Shown piece by piece: positions 32,675 through 39,544 of a DNA stretch of 41,487 nucleotides. Position 1 is the stretch's first letter. Each line of letters begins with the position of its first letter. The notes below the pieces were generated by a model. That model made no database searches. It had not been told where the DNA came from and saw nothing but the letters and a program-made list of their open reading frames with translations. The stretch is taken from positions 1-41,487 of the IMG/VR virus record IMGVR_UViG_3300050505_000164, one strand, 5' to 3'. Position numbers and translations under genes: made by a program. Source of the DNA: a virus.

Positions 32675-34018
32675 ATGCGAAGGATCGAATCCCTCACGGC
32701 AGAGCAGGAACGCCAGCTGGTCGCATTTCGAGAGGAGTGGCTTCGCCACGGCCTCTCGACGGCGCCAGCCGATCGCAAGCGAACCGAAGAAATCATTACT
32801 GATTTCTATCGCCAGATTGGAAAAACGAAACCGTACTTCTGGTGGTCTGATGGCCTGATGGTTTCGCAGCTGGCCATGAACCTCACATTGCGCGCACCGA
32901 AACAGCGAGCGGCGCCGGCGCGCTCGCAGAAGCCGGGGACTGCTGTTGAAGTAGAAAACAACCTCTGGGCCAACCTCGGGGCCAACCTCAGGGCCAACCT
33001 CTGGGCCAACCTCGGGGCCAACCTCTGGGCCAACCTCTGGGCCAACCTCGGGGCCAACCTCGGGGACAACCTCAGGGACAACCTCGGGGCCAACCTCGGG
33101 GCCAACCTCGGGGCCAACCTCTGGGCCAACCTCTGGGCCAACCTCAGGGCCAACCTCAGGGACAACCTCAGGGACAACCTCAGGGACAACCTCGGGGACA
33201 ACCTCAGGGCCAACCTCAGGGACAACCTCAGGGACAACCTCGGGGACAACCTCAGGGCCAACCTCGGGGACAACCTCGGGGACAACCTCAGGGACAACCT
33301 CGGGGACAACCTCAGGGCCAACCTCTGGGACAACCTCGGGGACAACCTCAGGGACAACCAGTTGGAATTCTTCGGCGCCTATTTCTGGGGATCACTAGAA
33401 GCGTACTGGATCACGTTCTATCTGTTCCCTCATCAATTCCTGCCATTGCTGAAGCCGTACGACACGGACAAAGCCAATCTCCTGATGCAATGGGCAGATC
33501 TGGCGCGATCCACGTTCTGGTGGTGGCCGTTTGAAGGAATCGTCTTCCTGTCAGAACGCCCGCTATCGATCCGAAAAGACGAACGAACGCGGCTTCACAA
33601 TTCGAACGGGCCGGCAGTGGCGTTCCGGGATGGATGGTCCGTGTATTACTGGCACGGTGTGGTTGTGCCGGCGGACGTGATTGAGCGTCCCGAGCAGCTC
33701 ACAGCCGAACGGATCGACCAGGAACAGAACGTCGAAGTGCGGCGCGTCATGGTCGAACGTATGGGCTATGAGCGTTACATCCTCGAGAGCGGGGCCCAGG
33801 TTGTTCACTCCGACGATATCGGCATTCTTTATCGCAAAGAGATCCCAGGGGATGAACCGTTAGTTGTCGTTCACGTCGTCAACTCCACACCAGAACCGGA
33901 TGGTTCGCTCAAGAAATACATGCTTCGCGTTCCGCCGGATATGAAGACGGCCCGTGGCGCGGTTGCATGGACCTTTGGATTGAAGGAACAGGAATACCAG
34001 CCGGTCATTCAAACGTAA
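32675..34018 (+). CDS. Tetrapeptide-repeat protein: N-domain (aa 1-94), 33 x [A/D]NL[W/G/R] (aa 95-226), and a Trp-rich C-domain (aa 227-447; DUF6745-like by recollection)
   Basis: Single open frame through the 12-bp array. The flanks look like ordinary globular sequence. The C-terminal segment LHNSNGPAVAFRDGWSVYYWHGVVVP...NVEVRRVMVERMGYERY...KYMLRVPPDMKTARGAVAWTFG resembles a widespread uncharacterised domain. Confidence 0.85.
   Translation: MRRIESLTAEQERQLVAFREEWLRHGLSTAPADRKRTEEIITDFYRQIGKTKPYFWWSDGLMVSQLAMNLTLRAPKQRAAPARSQKPGTAVEVENNLWANLGANLRANLWANLGANLWANLWANLGANLGDNLRDNLGANLGANLGANLWANLWANLRANLRDNLRDNLRDNLGDNLRANLRDNLRDNLGDNLRANLGDNLGDNLRDNLGDNLRANLWDNLGDNLRDNQLEFFGAYFWGSLEAYWITFYLFPHQFLPLLKPYDTDKANLLMQWADLARSTFWWWPFEGIVFLSERPLSIRKDERTRLHNSNGPAVAFRDGWSVYYWHGVVVPADVIERPEQLTAERIDQEQNVEVRRVMVERMGYERYILESGAQVVHSDDIGILYRKEIPGDEPLVVVHVVNSTPEPDGSLKKYMLRVPPDMKTARGAVAWTFGLKEQEYQPVIQT
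32957..33352 (+). repeat. Tandem array of 33 x 12 bp (g[c/a]caacctc[t/g/a]gg)
   Basis: Counted unit by unit. Units 2-33 vary only at unit positions 2 (c/a) and 10 (t/g/a). Unit 1 is aacaacctctgg. The array decays into gacaaccagttg. Confidence 0.97.
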
Positions 34019-34030
34019 GACGGAGGGGCA

Positions 34031-34405
34031 TTGAGTCGTTACCCTGATGAGTTCTGGACGGATGACATTGGTCGTGTTTGGCCGGTGGTGAATCTTGGAA
34101 GATTAAAACCAGCCAACGGTAACGCTGCGCAAGCGGTCAGGCGGTTTGTGTTTATTCGCGATCAGTTCACCTGCCAAAAGTGCGGGACACGACCAAACAT
34201 CCTTCCAGAGAACTACGACGGCCAATATGCGATCGATGTCCCAGTCTCGCGGAGGGCGAGCCTTAATCGCCAGCGTGGAACGTGCCAGACTCAGTCGCTT
34301 CATGTCGATCATAGAATTCCGCGGAGTAAGGGCGGAACCAACCATCCAGACAACCTTCAAGCTCTCTGTGAGTCATGTAATTCGCGCAAAAGGGATCGCC
34401 GATGA
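34031..34405 (+). CDS. HNH endonuclease
   Basis: Motifs CQKCG...HVDHRIPRSKGGTNHPDNLQALCESCNSRK. TTG start; ATGA overlap downstream. Confidence 0.85.
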   Translation: MSRYPDEFWTDDIGRVWPVVNLGRLKPANGNAAQAVRRFVFIRDQFTCQKCGTRPNILPENYDGQYAIDVPVSRRASLNRQRGTCQTQSLHVDHRIPRSKGGTNHPDNLQALCESCNSRKRDRR

Positions 34406-35268
34406 GTCGTTACCGCAAGTTTGGAATTCGAACATGGACTGATCGTCGATTCATCGAGCTAAACCGTCCAAAACCGAACGCTCACTACTTGTACGTCTAT
34501 CTACAGATCGGACCCAACGTCAGTGCATTGCCAGGCGTGACCATAACCGGTGAAGCCGGCCTTGCTGAAGAACTCGACTGGCCACTAAAGGGTTTTCGCC
34601 AGGCATTCAATGAACTTTCATTAAAGGGCTTGGTCGCTGCGGATTGGAAGAATCGAATCGCCTTTGTCCCTGAATCAATTTATGACAACAGTCCGGAATC
34701 GAGGAATGTTGTTGTCGCTTGGCGAAAAGCTTTCATTGAAATACGGGACTGCCCACTGAAGACAAAAATCTACTCTCACACACATGCCTTCCTCGAAGCC
34801 TTACCCGAAGCCTTCGCTCAAGCCTTCGACGAAGGACTAGACATGAGCTTCGTTAAAGCCTCATGGGTACCCTTCGCCGAATCAGAAACAGGAACAGAAT
34901 CAGAAACAGGAACAGAAAGGGGATCTTCCGTTCCCGTACATGCCTCAAATCCTAAAAGTCCGTCCGTTCCCCAACAGCACGAACGCGATCGGTCGGACTT
35001 TCAAAAATTCTGGGGTCCGGTGGAGAAGCATCTGCGGAAGTCTGTTGTCGATGAAGCGTTTGCACGTCAATACGCGGGGATTCGCATCCTGCAGATGACA
35101 GCGAGCGAAGTGGTACTGGCAGTTCCAAGCGCCTTTCTTAGCGAACACAACGGCACGGCAGTTCCATTGATGGCCACGCTCATCCGTGAGTCTCAGGTCG
35201 ATCTTTTGCGTGGCCGAGAGCTGCAGTTGAAGTCGATCGACGATGTGATTGGTGAGGCTTTGCAGTGA
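34402..35268 (+). CDS. Replication initiator-like protein (N-terminal winged-helix-like domain, C-terminal DnaA-domain-I-like segment)
   Basis: The C-terminal segment FQKFWGPVEKHLRKSVVDEAFARQYAGIRILQMTASEVVLAVPSAFLSEH... resembles the DnaA N-terminal domain pattern. The central acidic linker contains a tandem duplication. Confidence 0.55.
   Translation: MSRYRKFGIRTWTDRRFIELNRPKPNAHYLYVYLQIGPNVSALPGVTITGEAGLAEELDWPLKGFRQAFNELSLKGLVAADWKNRIAFVPESIYDNSPESRNVVVAWRKAFIEIRDCPLKTKIYSHTHAFLEALPEAFAQAFDEGLDMSFVKASWVPFAESETGTESETGTERGSSVPVHASNPKSPSVPQQHERDRSDFQKFWGPVEKHLRKSVVDEAFARQYAGIRILQMTASEVVLAVPSAFLSEHNGTAVPLMATLIRESQVDLLRGRELQLKSIDDVIGEALQ
34879..34914 (+). repeat. Perfect 18-bp tandem duplication (gaatcagaaacaggaaca x2; ESETGT x2)
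   Basis: Read directly. In frame within the linker of the replication-like protein. Confidence 0.95.
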
Positions 35269-35480
35269 AAACCAATCGGCCAAAGCGCGACAAACTGACG
35301 GCAACCGATGCGATTCGTATTCGAGTTTTGGAAAAACAGGGAGTCTCTCAGGCGGAACTGGCGCGGCAATTTAACGTGAAGCCAGGAACAATTCACGCTG
35401 CTGTTCATCGAAAAACTCACGATCTTCGACTCGCTGAAGTGATTCGGCGAGCTCGATTTGATAAGCGAGGCTCAAAATGA
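35265..35480 (+). CDS. Small HTH DNA-binding protein
   Basis: GTGA overlap upstream. The segment IRIRVLEKQGVSQAELARQFNVKPGTIHAAV is a typical HTH. Confidence 0.7.
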   Translation: MKTNRPKRDKLTATDAIRIRVLEKQGVSQAELARQFNVKPGTIHAAVHRKTHDLRLAEVIRRARFDKRGSK

Positions 35481-35656
35481 ATGAACCGTTGATGCATATC
35501 CCGCTCGATCGCGCGATGCTCTGCATTCAGTGCAACCAAATCTCCGAGAGTGGACCAGACCGCTGCCCGGCATGTACCGATGCGGCGTTGATCCCGGTGC
35601 AGACTCTGATCGAACATGCGACACGATATGAGACCAGGGCGGAGCGGATTCGGTAA
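35477..35656 (+). CDS. 59-aa zinc-ribbon ORF not in the ORF track
   Basis: ATGA overlap upstream and TAATG overlap downstream. Product: MNEPLMHIPLDRAMLCIQCNQISESGPDRCPACTDAALIPVQTLIEHATRYETRAERIR (CxxC-x10-CxxC). Confidence 0.65.
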   Translation: MNEPLMHIPLDRAMLCIQCNQISESGPDRCPACTDAALIPVQTLIEHATRYETRAERIR

Positions 35657-35847
35657 TGGGTCACACCAAACGACGCCACTACAAAGACCACGATCTGACC
35701 GAGCAGGAGAAAAAGCGGATCCTGTACTGGCTCACTAATTCCGATTACCTGCAGGACGTGGCAAGCGTCGCCAGAAAACTCGGCTATCCGGATTACGTCG
35801 TCCGTCAGATCTGGGACGAGCATCGAAAGACGCATGTATCGTCGTAG
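35656..35847 (+). CDS. Hypothetical small protein (HTH-like)
   Basis: 63 aa. The segment DVASVARKLGYPDYVVRQIW is HTH-like. Confidence 0.55.
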   Translation: MGHTKRRHYKDHDLTEQEKKRILYWLTNSDYLQDVASVARKLGYPDYVVRQIWDEHRKTHVSS

Positions 35848-36136
35848 GAAGCAACGGCCACCGCGCCAGGTCGAACAGACGGCCGCGATGCAAGAGCGCG
35901 ACGAACTTCAAGAGTCCGTCAATCAGCTTACCGGTCGCAACCAGGAACTGCGCGCGGAACTGCAGTTGAAAGAACTGGAAGTTGAAAAGCTGCTCCACGA
36001 AAAGATTCAACTAGGCCGGGAGCTGCTCGAGTACCGGACGATCATCAGCTTCCTGCAAGGTGAAGAATCCGCTCACTCCCTCGGTCCTGGCAGTCACTTC
36101 GGATTCAAGCGGTTCCTTCCCGAGTGGCGTTCCTGA
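35834..36136 (+). CDS. Coiled-coil small protein
   Basis: 100 aa with a heptad-like segment ELQESVNQLTGRNQELRAELQLKELEVEKLLHEKIQLGRELLEY. Confidence 0.55.
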   Translation: MYRRRKQRPPRQVEQTAAMQERDELQESVNQLTGRNQELRAELQLKELEVEKLLHEKIQLGRELLEYRTIISFLQGEESAHSLGPGSHFGFKRFLPEWRS

Positions 36137-36199
36137 ATTCAAAAAATCAAAAAAAGCAAGAAAATAACGCTTGATTTGATCGGCTTCGTCGTTGATAAA
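36137..36199 (+). promoter_or_regulatory. Candidate late promoter with A-tract UP-like element
   Basis: An unusually A-rich tract, aattcaaaaaatcaaaaaaagcaagaaaataa, is followed by TTGATT (36171-36176), a 17-nt spacer and GATAAA (36194-36199). It lies upstream of the packaging genes. Confidence 0.3.
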
Positions 36200-36288
36200 A
36201 GCTCCGCATGATGTAGCGGGGAGCCATTCAGCAAACCGCAACATCTTCCGACAACTTGCCGGTGACCGTGACCACCTACCCACACGAG

Positions 36289-36540
36289 ATGCTGAAGCCC
36301 AATACTAGAACCACGTCTCGAAAAGAGACGTTCACGCAGATCTCCGCGATCCGATCGCATCGCGACGCTCGTGACGCGATCACCCTAAACGATCCCGCCT
36401 GGCAAAGCACGATAGCTCCCAATCCTTGGCGCGGAATCTTCTCGGACGGCGTCAAGGTCATGCAGATCGATTCAAGGCAGGACGCGCAGAGCCATCTTCA
36501 ACGTCGAAGTGAAAACTTGAATCTTGAAAACTTGAATTGA
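36289..36540 (+). CDS. Hypothetical protein upstream of terS
   Basis: The open frame ends in a TGATG overlap with terS. Start uncertain (TTG 36256 or ATG 36289), with no clear SD. Confidence 0.4.
   Translation: MLKPNTRTTSRKETFTQISAIRSHRDARDAITLNDPAWQSTIAPNPWRGIFSDGVKVMQIDSRQDAQSHLQRRSENLNLENLN
36511..36537 (+). repeat. Direct repeat gaaaacttgaat x2 (15-bp period) abutting the terS start
   Basis: Copies at 36511-36522 and 36526-36537, read directly. Confidence 0.9.
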
Positions 36541-37037
36541 TGAGCGACGGAATCAAGAAATCAAAACACGGTGGGGCTCGGCCGGGAGCTGGCCGAAAAA
36601 AAAAGATTGAGATCAGTCCGAAGGCCAAATCCAAACTCACCATCCGTCAGCAGCGCGCGGTGTTGGAGAAATTAGGAGGGAAGACCGACCAGGCGGCACT
36701 CCTTGCTGCAGGGTATGCGCCGACCACGGCGCGCGCAGCAGCAGCAACGGTCTTTCAACATCCCGATGTGCGTTCAGAGTTCCAGCGGCTTCTCACGAAA
36801 GTCGTTCCGCCAGAGAAAGTCATTCTGCGAATCGCGGAAGGACTGGACGCCAAGCAAACGAAGTTCTTTCAACACGAAGGCAAGGTTACGGACAGTCGTG
36901 ACGTCGTCGATTATGGCGAGCGGAGGGCCTATTCGGAGCTGTACGCGAAAATGGAGCGTTTGATTCCTCAGGACGACGCACCGCAGGCCTTCCCGGATAT
37001 TCAAGTGAACATCATTCATGTCGGATCACCTCAGTGA
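36540..37037 (+). CDS. terS: Terminase small subunit
   Basis: Basic N-terminus KKSKHGGARPGAGRKKK, then an HTH-like segment QAALLAAGYAPTTARAAAATVFQHPDVRSEF as in Terminase_2-type small subunits. It lies immediately upstream of terL. Confidence 0.8.
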   Translation: MSDGIKKSKHGGARPGAGRKKKIEISPKAKSKLTIRQQRAVLEKLGGKTDQAALLAAGYAPTTARAAAATVFQHPDVRSEFQRLLTKVVPPEKVILRIAEGLDAKQTKFFQHEGKVTDSRDVVDYGERRAYSELYAKMERLIPQDDAPQAFPDIQVNIIHVGSPQ

Positions 37038-37153
37038 AACGTGGGGCGACACTACCGAAGAACGTTGTCTGGCTCTTAGCGCTCACCCTTTGTGGAGCGT
37101 GTATATGCTGCCAGCTCCAACTCTTTGCAGGTGCGCCCCGAGGTGAGTCGCTG

Positions 37154-38719
37154 ATGTTTTCGGCTCTTTCTAACCGCCGGCAGCAGCGCAATGCCAAACA
37201 CCTCGCCGGCCAGAAGATCGACTTCCCGCTCCAACCCAGGCAGATCGACCTCCTAAACCTGATCGACAACACGGACGTGGTGAACGTCGGCTACGGCGGT
37301 CCGCGTGGTGGTGGGAAGTCTCGCGGCATCCGGGACGTGATGATGATCCGGCGTTTCCGGTATCCCCGCAGTACGGGTTGGATCGTTCGTCGGACGTTTG
37401 GGGAGATCTGGGAAAATCACATCGAGAAGTACTTCGAGGAGCGTCCATACACCCGCGACTGGTACAACACCCAGACGAAGGCGATGACGCTACCGAACGG
37501 ATCGCGCATCGTTTTCCGGTACGCTGAACATGAAGGCGACCTCGAGCGGGAGTACGGCAAAGAAGCCCAGGACATCTTCATCGACCAGGCGGAACAGTTC
37601 ACGGAAAAGGAACACAACTTCCTGCGAACCTGCCGGCGCGCGCCTGGGATCCCGGATGGTCAGTGCAAGAAGGTTGACACGATCAACCCTGGCGGCAAGT
37701 CCCACGGCTACATGAAGCGGATCTACATCGACAGGGAGTACGTCGAAAACGAGATCCCAGAGTCCTATGGGTTCATCCTCGCGTCCGGTTGGGACAACGT
37801 GGAGTGGGTTGCCGAAGCGCTGAAGGAAGACGGCTTCACGGCGGTTGATTTTTACTCCTGGTCGGAGGATCAGCGTTTTGAATACTTCATCACGCGGTCC
37901 CAGTACGGTCGAGATCTCAACGCGCTTCCCGATAAAGATCGGATCCAGCAATTACTCGGTCGGTGGGATTACTTCGAAGGTCAGGTGTTCCCCGAGCTCG
38001 GTGCGATCCACAACATCGATAACTATTTCGACACGTCCGACGACAGGATATGGAGTGACTTTCATAAAGGCATGCGCCTGATCGGTGGCCTGGACCACGC
38101 GTCTACCGGTGTTACGACGTATGGGATGGTGGGGGTCGACGTTGATGAAAACATGTTCGGCCTCGAGGAATATTACAAGGCCAACATGCTGATCTCGGAG
38201 CATGCGGCCGCGATCAAGGAATTAAAGACCCGCTATCACGCTCCGGATTACCAATTGATCGATCCCTCGACTGAAGCGAAGACGCTGCAGAACAAAGACG
38301 AGATGTTCTCCGTCCAGGATGCGTACCGCCGGGAAGGGCTGCTTTTCATTTCCGCGCATCGCGCATCGATCGCCGTGGGTATCGATCGGATGAAGGAGCT
38401 TCTTAAGACCAATCCGATCCACCGCAATCCGTTCAACCAAAAAATGGGTTCCCCGCGCATGTTCATTTCCCGCCGGCGCTGTCCGATGCTCTGGAAGGAA
38501 ATGTCCGAGCTGCAGTTGAAAGACGGGCAATTTATCGGCAGCGATCACGCTGTGGACTGGAAGCGGTATATCGCCATGAGCCGGCCTGCGCCGGCAAAAC
38601 TCCAGGCCATGGATGTTTCGAAGCTGCCACGGCAGGATCAGTTCTTGGTCCAGACTCATGAGCGGTGGAAACAACAGTTTGATAAGAAGATCCAGCCAGA
38701 CCAGGGGAGTTACTTCTAA
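37154..38719 (+). CDS. terL: Terminase large subunit
   Basis: Walker A is GYGGPRGGGKS and Walker B-like is QDIFIDQAEQF. The C-terminal nuclease-like part contains GGLDHASTG. GAGG lies 10 nt upstream of ATG 37154. The ORF is also open from GTG 37034. Confidence 0.9.
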   Translation: MFSALSNRRQQRNAKHLAGQKIDFPLQPRQIDLLNLIDNTDVVNVGYGGPRGGGKSRGIRDVMMIRRFRYPRSTGWIVRRTFGEIWENHIEKYFEERPYTRDWYNTQTKAMTLPNGSRIVFRYAEHEGDLEREYGKEAQDIFIDQAEQFTEKEHNFLRTCRRAPGIPDGQCKKVDTINPGGKSHGYMKRIYIDREYVENEIPESYGFILASGWDNVEWVAEALKEDGFTAVDFYSWSEDQRFEYFITRSQYGRDLNALPDKDRIQQLLGRWDYFEGQVFPELGAIHNIDNYFDTSDDRIWSDFHKGMRLIGGLDHASTGVTTYGMVGVDVDENMFGLEEYYKANMLISEHAAAIKELKTRYHAPDYQLIDPSTEAKTLQNKDEMFSVQDAYRREGLLFISAHRASIAVGIDRMKELLKTNPIHRNPFNQKMGSPRMFISRRRCPMLWKEMSELQLKDGQFIGSDHAVDWKRYIAMSRPAPAKLQAMDVSKLPRQDQFLVQTHERWKQQFDKKIQPDQGSYF

Positions 38720-38848
38720 ATGGGCTTTCTGATTTGTGTTTGCGTGGGGGTACTTATTGGCGTCCTGGTTGTGCTGGAGCTTTCGCTGTCTCATGACCGC
38801 AGGATTGCTGAAATCCGTCGCCGAAGCGATATGGAGTGTAACGATTGA
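38720..38848 (+). CDS. 42-aa single-pass membrane peptide not in the ORF track
   Basis: The ATG immediately follows the terL TAA, and its TGA overlaps the next TTG start. Product: MGFLICVCVGVLIGVLVVLELSLSHDRRIAEIRRRSDMECND. Confidence 0.5.
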   Translation: MGFLICVCVGVLIGVLVVLELSLSHDRRIAEIRRRSDMECND

Positions 38849-39039
38849 ATCGGCCAACCCTGTTCATCCAGTTCGGGAGTTTGATCAACTTCAAGACGAA
38901 GATCGATTTCGACATCCTTTGGGACGAGCTTTGGATCGATCGGCAGTTGGGTTTCCCGTACCGCTATGAACGCAAGCGCCGGGAAGTCTCGAAATCACAG
39001 GAGGAGTCATGTTTGGAGAGTGTGAATCATGCGGCCTGA
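38845..39039 (+). CDS. Hypothetical small protein
   Basis: TTGA overlap upstream. 64 aa. Confidence 0.4.
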   Translation: MNRPTLFIQFGSLINFKTKIDFDILWDELWIDRQLGFPYRYERKRREVSKSQEESCLESVNHAA

Positions 39040-39314
39040 AGGGAACCTTGGACTCAAACAAGAAGTGCGCACGGTGCCAGGGACTTCAGGGCCCAGCGGT
39101 GGGGAGGTGCGACCGTTGCGGTCAGAACGCGGAACTGACGACGCAATACGCCCCCTTCCTGTGCGGCCCATGCAATCCGGAATCGTTGTCCGCGAGTTCG
39201 ACCGGGAACGGGACCGAGACGCTATCCGGCGATTCACCTTCGACCGAGACATCGACGTCGAAAAAGACTCGATCTTCGTCGCGGAAATCGAAGGCCGCAT
39301 CGTTGGAGTCTTAG
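39009..39314 (+). CDS. Double zinc-ribbon small protein
   Basis: GGAGGAG SD upstream. Motifs CESC-x13-CARC and CDRC-x14-CGPC in the first 55 aa. The remaining Ser/Thr-rich tail overlaps the GNAT gene out of frame. Confidence 0.6.
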   Translation: MFGECESCGLKGTLDSNKKCARCQGLQGPAVGRCDRCGQNAELTTQYAPFLCGPCNPESLSASSTGNGTETLSGDSPSTETSTSKKTRSSSRKSKAASLES

Positions 39315-39544
39315 CGGAAAGGCTGATCCCGCTTGTTCACAGCTTTGAAGTCGACGCAGGATCTGTTAGTCGCCGCGTTGCCGACGCCCTCATCCAGTAC
39401 GGAAGCGGTTACACCCGCGCCAGTGGATTCCGGGAAGTGATGTTCCTGGTGCTGCCGGACAACGTCACGATGGCCACGTTTCTGGAGCAACGCGGGGCCA
39501 TGAAGGAAGAACCGGCGGATGTTTACGCTTTGGAGGTTCGTTGA
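39170..39544 (+). CDS. GNAT-family N-acetyltransferase (small, 124 aa)
   Basis: Typical GNAT layout: IVVREF...FVAEIEGRIVGVL...HSFEVDAGSVSRRVADALIQYGSGYTRASGFREVMFLVLPDNVTMATFLEQRGA. Confidence 0.75.
   Translation: MQSGIVVREFDRERDRDAIRRFTFDRDIDVEKDSIFVAEIEGRIVGVLAERLIPLVHSFEVDAGSVSRRVADALIQYGSGYTRASGFREVMFLVLPDNVTMATFLEQRGAMKEEPADVYALEVR

Noticed and set aside
32957-33352. The 12-bp array as a CRISPR array or a diversity-generating retroelement target
   Set aside because: There are no spacers, since the units are directly adjacent and in frame within a CDS. There are no cas genes, no reverse transcriptase and no template-repeat copy elsewhere in the genome. The variation is not adenine-specific.
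32806-33357. 183-aa minus-strand ORF (LSPRLSLRLALRLS...)
   Set aside because: It is a mirror image of the 12-bp array. It stays open only because the repeat unit lacks stops in that frame, and it has no flanking globular sequence.
37034-37153. GTG 37034 as the terL start
   Set aside because: The extra 40 aa (VKRGATLPKNVVWLLALTLCGACICCQLQLF...) are hydrophobic and Cys-rich, unlike terminase N-termini. ATG 37154 has a GAGG SD. The longer form cannot be excluded.
37490-38857. Minus-strand ORFs 37490..37951 and 38222..38857
   Set aside because: They are antisense to terL, which has Walker motifs. No independent support.
39140-39175. Programmed -1 frameshift fusing the zinc-ribbon ORF to the GNAT
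   Set aside because: No X XXY YYZ slippery heptamer exists in the zero frame around the junction (acg caa tac gcc ccc ttc ctg tgc ggc cca tgc). The GNAT has its own ATG.
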